A stretch of DNA of 64,000 nucleotides from Squalus acanthias (lineage: Eukaryota): contig CM059427.1 of assembly GCA_030390025.1 (NCBI GenBank), positions 43,896,001 through 43,960,000 of the forward strand. The letters run 5' to 3'. The notes beneath the pieces are model-generated. The model was given only the letters and a program-made list of their open reading frames with translations, searched no databases and was not told the origin of the DNA. The position numbers and the translations under genes are program-made. Position 1 is the stretch's first letter. Each line of letters opens with the position of its first letter. Positions 49,301 through 55,509 of the stretch are shown one piece after another.

Positions 49301-51522
49301 TCCCGACCTCATTCCCCCCTCCCCACCCCTCATTCCCCCCTCCCCACCCCCTCATTCCCCCCTCCCCACCCCCTCATTCCCCCTCCCCTCCCCTTCATTC
49401 CCCCTCCTCCCCTCACCCTCATTCCCCCTCCTTCCCTCCCCTCTCCCCTTCTTCATTCCCATCCCCCCTCCTTCTTCCTTCCCTCCTCCACTTCTTCCTT
49501 CCCTCCCCTCCTCCCTTTCTTCCTCCCCTCCTCCCTTCCCTCCCCCCCTTCATCCTTCACTTCCCCNNNNNNNNNNNNNNNNNNNNNNNNNNNNNNNNNN
49601 NNNNNNNNNNNNNNNNNNNNNNNNNNNNNNNNNNNNNNNNNNNNNNNNNNNNNNNNNNNNNNNNNNNNNNNNNNNNNNNNNNNNNNNNNNNNNNNNNNNN
49701 NNNNNNNNNNNNNNNNNNNNNNNNNNNNNNNNNNNNNNNNNNNNNNNNNNNNNNNNNNNNNNNNNNNNNNNNNNNNNNNNNNNNNNNNNNNNNNNNNNNN
49801 NNNNNNNNNNNNNNNNNNNNNNNNNNNNNNNNNNNNNNNNNNNNNNNNNNNNNNNNNNNNNNNNNNNNNNNNNNNNNNNNNNNNNNNNNNNNNNNNNNNN
49901 NNNNNNNNNNNNNNNNNNNNNNNNNNNNNNNNNNNNNNNNNNNNNNNNNNNNNNNNNNNNNNNNNNNNNNNNNNNNNNNNNNNNNNNNNNNNNNNNNNNN
50001 NNNNNNNNNNNNNNNNNNNNNNNNNNNNNNNNNNNNNNNNNNNNNNNNNNNNNNNNNNNNNNNNNNTCCCCCCTCCCCCTTTCCCTCCTCCCCCTTTGCC
50101 CTTTGTGTACAAGGAAGGCAGGTATGGAATCTACAAATTCGAGTTTGAAATGAGCTGCTGGGATTGGTCTACATCCAACCCACCCAGATTACACTAAGTG
50201 CCTTGCCTTTAAAGGGAGTAAACTTTATTTGAGCAGGGAGGAGCGACCCACCAAACTGGTTTATTAACAAAAATAAAATGAAAGTCGAGGCAATTCAAAA
50301 CAGAAACATTGCAGTACATTGTTGGTTGAGTGGCTTCTCGCATTTCATAGACAATGCACGATGAGTCAGATTTTTGTGTAATAAAAACAGGTCAAAAATA
50401 CTGCGGATGCTGGATTTTACTTGTAATTTGTCTTAATATTGCAATAATAAAATTATTACTGATAGTTGAATGCCTTTATTACAATAAAATTACGTTTTTT
50501 GTTCAGCCTCACAGGCCTGAGCTGAAAAGCAAACTTGTAGATTCAGAACAACATGAATTCCTCTGGACCTGTCAATGTAAAAATCATTGCAGAACTTTTG
50601 ATTAATCCCAGAAGAGGGATAGGACCAATTACATTTATATAGTGTCTTATCACCTCCCATTTCATTCACAGCTAATGAATTACTTTTGAAATCCAGTCAC
50701 TGTTGTGCAGACAAAACAAGTAAAGACTGGCAAATGCTGGAAGTGCTCTCTTCCCTCGGAATTTCACTGGGGTCCATCGGACGGACGCTCTCTGCTTCCA
50801 ATCGCATTCGTCACCTGATTTCGGGCGCTATTTACTCAGCAAATATGTCAACAAGGCCATTTTATCACAAGACTGTTGGTTGATATTTGAACATGAATGC
50901 AAAATTGATAGGAGGATACGGCCCAAAGCCTATGGCTAGTGAATTAAAACGCAACAGCCTGTTTTAAATAAATCAATAGGGGCGTCACTCGCAGACAGAC
51001 CGGACGAACGCAGTGACAATACACGGGGAAAACACACCAACTCTGAATTCGGATTGTGGTGTTCTTGGCCCAGCGGAACCGGGACTGTCCTGCCTGGCAG
51101 ACTGATCGCTTGAGTCGCCGCATGTTTCATTACTATTTATTTGTTTGCTATTTATCTGGTCACCAAACGACTTCATAACTTCCAGCGCAGTGAAACATTC
51201 CCCAGTCGAGGACTGCCTGTTACAAGTGAGTTTCTAATTTAAAAGTTGGATTTGACTTTGTGTAACTATGAATTTTAACGAGTTGTGTCTGAAAGTGTGA
51301 ATTTTAAATGATTAAAGAAACTCACGCACTTTGCTCACTGGCAAACCGCACCACTGCTTGGTTTTTGGAGAGATCTTCATATTCCACGATGCAGTCTCCG
51401 CCGTTAGATTTCTTTCTACTTTGGAAATAAATCTGCAGTTTTGTTTTCAAAACTTTAGCGATGTCTGGACTCCAGTCGCCTTCAATTAATAGAGGATACG
51501 GATAAGCAGCTTCTGCCGCCAT
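1240..51522 (-). CDS. parp14: PARP14-like macro-PARP (mono-ADP-ribosyltransferase) gene, coding exons 1-15 (3' exons beyond the left edge); one frameshift in exon 6
   Basis: 15 exons with GT-AG boundaries whose phases chain correctly (1685 codons if 1 nt is restored in exon 6). Domain order: N-terminal RRM-like repeats, KH-like region, three macrodomains (GDL..VVSAANEDL, AVIVNVVG..AFPAIGTG, GDITKE..VIVNST..AFPALGTG), KH, WWE, start of the ART region. Confidence 0.93.
2124..2753 (-). CDS. parp14: PARP14-like exon 14 (KH plus WWE domain)
   Basis: FEICGSNKQAVE..VEWQFEQGTQFVPFDSATNLKLEKAF..YTV; 630 nt, phase 1-1. Confidence 0.93.
2837..3043 (-). CDS. parp14: PARP14-like exon 13
   Basis: GQGQANPSQVADAMIDSVAEF..SLQKIRIVIFQPQMLNEF; 207 nt; donor GTAAGT. 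Confidence 0.92.
3735..3921 (+). mobile_element. Degenerate Deu-domain SINE, 5' part (3' part resumes at about 6868-6960 after the CR1 insertion)
   Basis: tRNA-like head (agcttggctcagtttgtag), ggctgacact and ctgtttgtggga..tgtgagcaaat motifs shared with the copy at 27859. Confidence 0.65.
3922..6865 (-). mobile_element. CR1 LINE, 5'-truncated, near-intact ORF2 (APE endonuclease plus RT) with one frameshift
   Basis: ORFs 5058-6782 and 4016-5170; LNARS, ITETWL, GDFN, SDH, YLDF..AFD, GVPQGSVLGP and FADD motifs; 3' (TTTCTATG)n tail at 3925-3941. Confidence 0.96.
7718..7795 (+). mobile_element. 3' tail of a shark LINE family (gggcaattagggatgggcaataaatgctggcc...)
   Basis: Same tail as the copies at 40195-40365, 53612-53987 and 60740-60865. 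Confidence 0.7.
8232..8655 (+). mobile_element. Deu-domain SINE (SacSINE1/AmnSINE1-like)
   Basis: ggctgacactccagtgcagt..ggaggtgctgtctttcggatgagacattaaacc..aaaggcgctatataaatg tail. Confidence 0.88.
8665..8810 (+). mobile_element. L2 LINE RT C-terminal fragment, degenerate
   Basis: gctgaaaccttcatacatg..cacttccagacttggctactcc resembles the L2 copy at about 52570-52620 (minus). Confidence 0.55.
8947..9123 (-). CDS. parp14: PARP14-like exon 12 (macrodomain 3)
   Basis: Translated by hand: GLQPNSGIIITNPGNLQCRNIIHMVG...SSVAFPALGTG; 177 nt, phase 1-1; absent from the ORF track. Confidence 0.92.
9502..9562. repeat. 61-bp direct repeat, copy 1 (copy 2 at 12021-12081); RTE target-site duplication
   Basis: ggcagac(t/c)tagttcatcaataacatatagc(g/a)tatttgcattatttta(c/t)aaattaaaaccct, 58/61 identical. 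Confidence 0.92.
9563..12020 (-). mobile_element. RTE-clade (BovB-like) LINE, 5'-truncated
   Basis: 526-aa ORF with NYRGVSLLS, ESQCGF, FDLTKAFD and LQYADD motifs; C-terminal C2H2-like CPTC..GLISHLRTH; (GAA)n tail; 61-bp flanking direct repeats. Confidence 0.95.
12485..13818 (-). mobile_element. CR1 ORF2 internal fragment (minus) preceded by a short plus-strand CR1 piece at 12485-12598
   Basis: ORFs 12497-12742, 12891-13247 and 13293-13721 carry CR1 motifs. Confidence 0.9.
13876..14260 (+). mobile_element. L2 LINE 3' end
   Basis: aaaattctcatcct..cctccctatctctgtaac..ttaaaggcgcaataga tail, homologous to 56835-57250 and 39270-39510. Confidence 0.8.
14865..15677 (-). mobile_element. CR1 LINE 3' fragment (young subfamily, open RT C-terminus)
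   Basis: EFNPEKCEVMHFG..GYGPSAGKWD; near-identical to 35226-36033. Confidence 0.95.
15707..15769 (-). CDS. parp14: PARP14-like exon 11
   Basis: GVSKAILEAAGQTVADECQQL; 63 nt, phase 1-1; weak donor GTATAG. Confidence 0.9.
16143..16852. mobile_element. GC-rich non-autonomous PIF/Harbinger-like MITE
   Basis: GGGGG..CCCCC termini with a TAG 3-bp duplication; subterminal sequence shared with 21539-22377 and 42220-42948. Confidence 0.75.
16906..17058 (-). CDS. parp14: PARP14-like exon 10 (macrodomain 3 start)
   Basis: LQVITGDITKETTDVIVNSTNNNFTLKS; 153 nt, phase 1-1. Confidence 0.92.
17876..19673. mobile_element. Non-autonomous Harbinger element with decayed Myb/SANT exon (+) and internally deleted transposase remnant (-)
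   Basis: TIRs gggctggatttttcc / ggcaaaattcagccc; TTG TSD; APRSSLDSLHMLMEGVTARREVLFP..RRTWL Myb-like segment at about 18150-18400. Confidence 0.82.
19945..20486 (+). mobile_element. CR1 5' UTR and ORF1 N-terminus (zinc finger / leucine zipper), separated from its body by an insertion
   Basis: MAGQVMCCSCSMWELVDTSVIHGDHICSQCLQLEELRLRVDELE from 20269. Confidence 0.8.
20487..22461 (+). mobile_element. Unclassified ~2-kb insertion, possibly a solo LTR, containing a MITE
   Basis: Splits CR1 ORF1; non-coding; ends in ..CTCTACA; AATAAAA near 21275 and ATTAAA near 21527. Confidence 0.35.
21539..22377. mobile_element. PIF/Harbinger-like MITE
   Basis: 16-bp imperfect TIRs (ggggggaaaattcggt / accgaatttctccccc) and an AAT 3-bp TSD. 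Confidence 0.85.
22462..26240 (+). mobile_element. CR1 LINE body: ORF1 SGNH-esterase domain plus degenerate ORF2 and 3' UTR
   Basis: GDSIVRG, HVGTND and DGLHLN esterase motifs; EN and RT motifs with multiple stops; tail cctactcctgctcttatttcgtatg. Confidence 0.94.
26967..27045 (-). CDS. parp14: PARP14-like exon 9 (linker, AMTCEFKRTFNGQPK...)
   Basis: Acceptor ttgtttag, donor CAG|GTAGGT; 79 nt, phase 0 to 1; absent from the ORF track. Confidence 0.8.
27255..27367 (-). mobile_element. Penelope-like element terminal fragment
   Basis: Homologous to the Penelope terminus at 55510-55620. Confidence 0.65.
27859..28310 (+). mobile_element. Full-length tRNA-headed Deu-domain SINE
   Basis: A-box (tagctcagttgg) and B-box-like (gggttcatagtccc) head, Deu core and L2-like tail. 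Confidence 0.9.
28480..28795 (+). mobile_element. Highly degraded CR1 3' fragment
   Basis: Residual aaaatgtgaagt, caattttggtcac and tail similarity. Confidence 0.45.
29196..29417 (-). CDS. parp14: PARP14-like exon 8 (macrodomain 2 C-terminal part)
   Basis: SIAFPAIGTGNLCFPK..VHFVVHP; 222 nt, phase 0-0; donor GTATGG. Confidence 0.93.
29515..29751 (-). CDS. parp14: PARP14-like exon 7 (macrodomain 2)
   Basis: AAVIVNVVGIDLDLNNGAVSRAILQKAGPQLQ; 237 nt, phase 0-0. Confidence 0.93.
29843..32102 (-). CDS. parp14: PARP14-like exon 6 (large exon: KH-like repeats plus macrodomain 1), frameshifted at about 30864-30876
   Basis: Covered by ORFs 30862-32028 and 29813-30865 in different frames; VYPYYKSLGSALYG motif; macro 1 GDLCKHRVDVVVSAANEDL..IHAVGP..SIAIPAISSGIFGFP. 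The length of 2260 nt is 1 nt short of what phase 1 to 0 requires. Confidence 0.92.
32220..32453 (-). CDS. parp14: PARP14-like exon 5 (RRM)
   Basis: SVRVENLPPNTSEDFLTLYFE..GGG..AAVVSF; 234 nt, phase 1-1; donor GTAAGA. Confidence 0.92.
32700..32734 (+). ncRNA. Penelope-associated minimal hammerhead ribozyme motif, split by the Harbinger insertion (resumes at 38913-39005)
   Basis: cagtt-CTGATGA-aaggtcatccacct-GAAAC-att|aactctg. Confidence 0.65.
33061..36033 (+). mobile_element. CR1 LINE (ORF2 EN plus RT, few lesions) nested in the Harbinger element
   Basis: ORFs 33092-34126, 33894-34319, 34344-35162 and 35196-35957; tail ..ataactctatgactc. Confidence 0.95.
36235..36461 (+). pseudogene. Harbinger transposase remnant: Q-rich N-terminus joined directly to the C-terminal helix
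   Basis: MGTIYF..QQQ.. followed in another frame by HIAARDARDALILARFA-stop (36408-36461); no DDE core between them. Confidence 0.6.
36731..38632 (-). CDS. Harbinger Myb/SANT-like DNA-binding protein; 3 exons (38393-38632, 37942-38101, 36731-37785), 484 aa
   Basis: Myb/SANT motif APRFDEASLQALVE..W..V..EVNS..RTWLQCRKRFHDL, then TGGGP motif, acidic region, coiled coil and AT-hook-like PRGRP. Canonical splice sites with phases 0 and 1 matching; no stops. Confidence 0.85.
39006..39256. mobile_element. Tc1/mariner (Tigger/pogo-like) MITE inserted in the Penelope tail
   Basis: TIR-like cagcaaactc / gaatttactg followed by TA; the host gcatccgcag..tattttgc rejoins across it. Confidence 0.6.
39270..39510 (+). 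mobile_element. L2 LINE 3' end
   Basis: ctctggaattccctgcctaaacc..ttaaaggcaccatataaatacaagttgttgt. Confidence 0.82.
40192..40365 (-). mobile_element. Shark LINE 3' end (..WNSLPNST..FKKAAHHHLLKGN)
   Basis: Homologous to 53612-53987. Confidence 0.8.
40406..41122. mobile_element. GC-rich Harbinger-like MITE, degenerate TIRs
   Basis: gggctggttattaac / gttaaaattgcccc termini with a CTT or TTG duplication. Confidence 0.55.
41264..41521 (-). CDS. parp14: PARP14-like exon 4 (RRM-like)
   Basis: SSVVLQNLNENITCDMLNLLVENV...AAVVTF; 258 nt, phase 1-1; donor GTAAGA. Confidence 0.88.
42010..42192. mobile_element. Inverted pair of Penelope terminal sequences (hairpin)
   Basis: acagaaaatactggaaata..ttaacttttcagg is followed by its degenerate reverse complement ending ttttctgtttatatttc. 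Confidence 0.55.
42220..42948. mobile_element. PIF/Harbinger-like MITE
   Basis: gggggtgaaattgggt / accaaaatttgccccc TIRs and a TAT TSD; same family as 21539. Confidence 0.85.
43594..44147. mobile_element. PIF/Harbinger-like MITE
   Basis: ggggtagaaa / tttctacccc TIRs flanked by ATT(G). Confidence 0.7.
45146..45185 (-). CDS. parp14: PARP14-like exon 3 (40-nt mini-exon, DWDSSNKWRKKEK)
   Basis: Acceptor gtccttcaacag, donor AG|GTACAC; phase 0 to 1 exactly bridges exons 2 and 4. Confidence 0.72.
45260..45414 (-). CDS. parp14: PARP14-like exon 2 (RWRVLEKKVHEVDLQKKGKVHITV...)
   Basis: Acceptor ttcttcag, donor GTAGGT; 155 nt, phase 1 to 0. Confidence 0.85.
45522..46098 (-). mobile_element. CR1 LINE 3' fragment
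   Basis: VRPHLEYCVQFWSP..KGYGDSVGRWS ORF plus tail. Confidence 0.93.
46300..46645 (-). mobile_element. Deu-domain SINE, 5'-truncated
   Basis: Reverse complement of the Deu core and tail. Confidence 0.82.
47130..47470 (-). mobile_element. Penelope terminal region with a hammerhead motif, interrupted by a CR1 3' tail (47228-47318, +)
   Basis: Minus strand reads cagttCTGATGAaaggtcatcaacttGA|insert|AATGTTaacactg. Confidence 0.72.
47480..47935 (+). mobile_element. Old CR1 RT fragment
   Basis: gtggatgtagtgtacctggattttcagaaa..tttgacaagg and tccaaatttgcagac motifs. Confidence 0.8.
47980..48425 (-). mobile_element. Old CR1 3' fragment
   Basis: Diverged homology to the CR1 3' end at 14865-15320. 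Confidence 0.65.
48455..48650. mobile_element. Inverted Penelope terminal fragments
   Basis: acagaaaatgttggaaacacacagc.. versus ..ctgctgtgtgtttccagc..tttcagacttacagcaccgacagtatttt. Confidence 0.55.
48758..49566. repeat. Polypyrimidine (C/T-rich) low-complexity tract
   Basis: About 800 nt of C-runs with (CCCCTCATTCCCCCCTCCCCA)-like units; continues after the gap. Confidence 0.95.
49567..50066. other. Assembly gap (500 N)
   Basis: Run of N. Confidence 1.
51330..51522 (-). CDS. parp14: PARP14-like exon 1 (MAAEAAYPYPLLIEGDWSPDIAKVLKTKLQIYFQSRKKSNGGDC...)
   Basis: ATG in a strong context (aagATGg); typical PARP14 N-terminus (LLxEGxW, KLQxYFQSxKxSxGGxC); phase-1 donor GTGCGT. Confidence 0.9.
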
Positions 51523-51572
51523 CTTCCACAAGCGAATGAAAGCTCTTCAGTCCTCTACAATATTGTCCCATT

Positions 51573-51585
51573 GGTTTCACTTTCA
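51573..51585 (-). promoter_or_regulatory. ISRE / IRF-binding element in the PARP14-like proximal promoter or 5' UTR
   Basis: TGAAAGTGAAACC on the minus strand matches the GAAANNGAAAC consensus, about 50 bp upstream of the ATG; PARP14 is an established interferon-stimulated gene. Confidence 0.75.
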
Positions 51586-51704
51586 TCTCCTGTTGATGCG
51601 GTGATGCCGGTGTTGGACTGGGGTGGACAATCTCCTGTTGAGCAAGACTTCCCTATAGGCCAAGTTGTGCTGAAGTAGGGAGTTCATATTTACAAGACCA
51701 AACT

Positions 51705-52117
51705 GGGGCGCTTCAGCTATGAAGAGAGACTGGAGAGGCTGGGGTTGTTTTCCTTTGAGCAGAGAAGGCTGAGGGGGGACCTGATTGAGGTGTACAAAAT
51801 TATGAGGGGCGTAGATAGAAAGGGTCAATAATCAGGGGGCATAGTTTCAAGGTAAGGGGCAGGAGGTTTAGAGGGGATTTGAGGGAAAACTTTTTCACCC
51901 AGAGGGTGGTTGGAATCTGTAACTCACTGCCTGAAAGGGTGGTAGAGGCAGGAACCCTCACAACATTCAAGAAGCATTTAGATGAGCACTTGAAACGCAA
52001 TAGCATACAAGGTTATAGACCAAGTGCTGGAAAATGGGATTAGAATAGACAGGGCTTGATGGCCAGCGCGGACACGATGGGCCGAAGGGCCTCTTTCTGT
52101 GCTGTATAACTCTATGA
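51705..52117 (+). mobile_element. Young CR1 3' fragment just upstream of the PARP14-like promoter
   Basis: Near-identical to 35590-36033 apart from a small internal deletion. Confidence 0.93.
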
Positions 52118-52129
52118 CGCTATAAATAA

Positions 52130-55100
52130 AAACTTGCATTTATATAATGTGACACCAAGCCACATCAGGAGATAGTGGGACAGGTGACCAAAAGCTTGGC
52201 CAAAGAGGTAGGTTTTAAGGAGTGTCATAAAGGAGGATAGAGAGGGAATTCCAGAGCCTAGGGTCCAGGCAGCTGAAAGCATAGCCGCCAATGGTAGAGC
52301 GATTAAAATCAGGGATGTGCAAGAGGCCAGAATTGGAGCAGTGTAGAGATCTTGGAGGGTTGTTGGGCTGTAGGAGGTTAGAGATACGGAGGGGTGAGGC
52401 CATGGAGAGATCTGGATAAGAACTTCAAAAATTGAGGCGTTGCAGGACCGGGACCCAATGTAGGGCAGCGAACACTGGGGTGATGAGTGAACAGGACTTG
52501 GTGTAAGTTAAGACATGAGTTTTGGATGAGCTCAAGTTTATGGAGGGTGGAAGATGGTTGGCATTGTCAAGTCTAGAGGAAGCAAAGATATGGATGACGG
52601 TTTCAGCAGCAGATGAGCTGAGGTGGGGCGGAGATGGGCAATGTTACGGAGGTGGAAGTAGGCAGTCACGGATATGTGGTCAAAAGCTCATCTCCGGGTC
52701 AAACAGGACAGCAAGGTTGCAAACGGTCTGGTTCAGCCTCAGACAGTGACCAGGGAGAGGGATAGAGTAGGTAGCTAGTGAACGGAGTTTGTGGCGGGGA
52801 CCGAAGACAATGACTTTGGTCTTCCCAATATTTAGTTGGTGGAAATTTCTGCTCATCCAGGACTGGATGTTGGACAAGCAGTTTGACAAATGGGAGACAG
52901 TGAAGGGGTCGAGAGAGATTATGGTGAGGTACAGCTGGGTGTCGTCAGCGTATATGTGGAATCTGACGTGTTTTTGGATGATTTCACCGAGGGGCAGCAA
53001 GTAGGTGAAAAGTAGGAGGGGTCCAAGGATAGATCCTTGGGGGACTCCAGAGGTAACAGTGTGGCAGCAGGAAGAGAATCCATTGCAGATGATTCTCTGG
53101 CTGCGACTGGGTAGATAAGAATGGAACCATGCGAGGGCAGTCCCACCCAGCTGGATGACAGAGGAGAGGCGTTGGAGTAGGATGGTGTGGTCAACCGTGT
53201 CAAAGGCTGCAGACAGGTTGAGAAGGATGAGGAGGGATAGTTTACCATGGTCACGGTCACGTAGGATGTCATTTGTGATTTTGATAAGGGCCGTTTCAGT
53301 GCTGTGGCAGGGACGGAAACCTGATTGGATGGATTCAAACATGGAGTTGCAGGAAAGGTGGGCACGGATTTGGGAGGTGACAACAGGTTGAAGGACTTTG
53401 GAGAGGAAAGGGAGGTTGGAGATGGGCGCTAGTTTGTAAGGCCACTAGGGTCAAGGGTGGGTTTTTTGAGGAGGGGTGATGACAGCAGATTTGAAGGGGT
53501 GGGGGACAGTACCTGAGGAGAGGGAACCGTTAACAATATCAGCTAACATGGGAGCCAGGAAGGGAAGTCAGGTGGTCAGCAGTTTGGTGGGAATAGGGTC
53601 AAGAGATAGGAGGTGCAGTGTGTACCATCTACAAGATGCACTGCAGCAACTCACCAAGGCTTCTTCGGCAGCACCTCCCAAACCCGCGACCTCTATCACC
53701 TAGAAGGACAACGGCAGCAGGTGCATGGGAACACCATCACCTCCAGGTTCTCCTCCAAATCACACACCATCCTGACTTGGAAGTATATCGCCATTCCTTC
53801 ACCGTCGCTGGGTCAAAATCTTGGAACTCCCTACCTAACAGCACTGTGGCAGTAACTTCACCACACGGACTGCAGCGGTTCAAGCAGGCGGCTCACCATC
53901 ACCTTCTCCAGGGCAACTAGGGATGGGCAATAAATGCTGGCCTTGCCAGCGTCGCCCATATCCCATGAACGAATAAAAAAAAAAAATTAGAGAAAGATGC
54001 GAGTTCAGGGCTAGTGTGGGGGGAACTTTAGGGGAAGTTTGGCTTGGTGGGGTGGGGTAGAGGAATGGAGGGAAGTGGCAGAGACAGCTGAACGGATGGT
54101 CTCAATCTTAGTGACAAAGAAGACCATGAGCTTGCATTTGTCGTAGATGAGGGTGGAGGAGGCAGGGGAGAGGGGCTTAAGAAGATGGTTCATAGTGGAA
54201 GAGAAGCCAGGGGTTATCTTTGCCTTCCAGGATGATCCTGGAATAGTGAACAGTTTTGGCAGAGGAGAGCAGGACCCGGTAGTGCTTTATACGGTCCAGC
54301 CAGGTCTGGTGATGAATGGCTAAACCAGTTGTCCACCATAACCGTTCAAGTCTGTGTCCCTTGGATTTAAGGGAGTGAAGATGAGGGCCGTACCATAGGG
54401 AACGACCAGGGTGAGAGAGAGTAATATTGTTAGTGGGGACAAGGACATCAAAGGTGAGGGTGTGATTGAGCAGATTGCTGGCTACAGAAATGTCATGGTG
54501 AATGGAGGGCCAAAGGCTAGACAGTTGGGTATTTGAAAGTGCCATTGTCAGTGACTTGGGGAAAAGTTTTTTTCCAGAGGTGGACACAGAAGGAAGTGGG
54601 AGCGGGAAGGGGGATGGGAGTGGAGAGGGATACAAGGAAGTGATCAGAGATGGCCTTATCTGTGCTTGATATGATGGGAGTAGAGAGGCCACATGAGGAT
54701 GGCAAGATCGAGGAGGTGGCCATGAATATAGGTCGTGGAGTTTATATGGAGGAAGAGATTAAGGGAGGATAGGAGGGCAGTGAGCTCAGAGGAGAGAGAG
54801 CATGAGGAGTTGGGATGGAGGATGAAATCAACGAGGATGAGAAGTCGCTCGGTGTAGAGGCTGAGGGAGGAAGGCAGTGGAGATATCTCCGTGAGACACT
54901 TGGCATGGTACTTGTGTGGGCGGTAGAGAACGAGGATTTTAAAGGAGAGGTGAGGGGGGTAGAACAAGGTGAGAAGCTCAAAGGAGGAGAAGGTGCCAGA
55001 GGTGAAGGGGGACAGACCAAGGTGTGATTTGATAATAAAGGCCACACCGCCACCACGGCGGTCTGGACGGAGCAAGTGGTGGAAGGTGTAGCCTGACGGG

Positions 55101-55215
55101 GAGGTTTCATTAAGGGCGAAGGTCATCTGTCAGCCAAGTTCTGTCAAGGCCATGATGTCGATGCAGTCATAAGCTCCTGGATGGCAAGGGCCTTGTGCAC
55201 AAGTGAACAGATATT
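52130..55215 (-). mobile_element. L2 LINE (EN plus RT, degenerate)
   Basis: QSGFRPCHSTETAL, LSAAFDTVDH, GVPQGSILGP and YADDTQLY motifs; EN motifs RRGGGVA and SDH. Confidence 0.93.
53612..53987 (+). mobile_element. Shark LINE 3' end nested in the L2
   Basis: ORF 53618-53920 (..SWNSLPNSTV..FKQAAHHHLLQGN) plus tail and poly-A. Confidence 0.85.
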
Positions 55216-55509
55216 CTGTAGGGAGATGCAGAGGGGGCGGTGACAGATGATCTGCTGGCAGAATCCACAGGGCCAGCGCTGGGAGGGGTGAGTGGGACAA
55301 GTTCAGAGACAGGTGTGGAGGGCGAGTGAGTCCAGAAACTATTTGAAGGGTAGAGTATCAAAGGACACACTACTGGAGGTATTTCCATGGGAATGAAGAG
55401 CCAGGAGGTGTGCAGATTCGATTGCGGGGCAGAAAAACGGCGACGAAGTTGGAAGTCACAATAAGAGCCAGAAGCGTTGGCGAAATTGACATTGGCCCAG
55501 GAGAGTGTA

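Noticed and set aside
48563-50197. 544-aa proline-rich ORF and the opposite-strand glycine-rich ORFs
   Set aside because: Artefacts of a C-rich low-complexity tract and the N gap.
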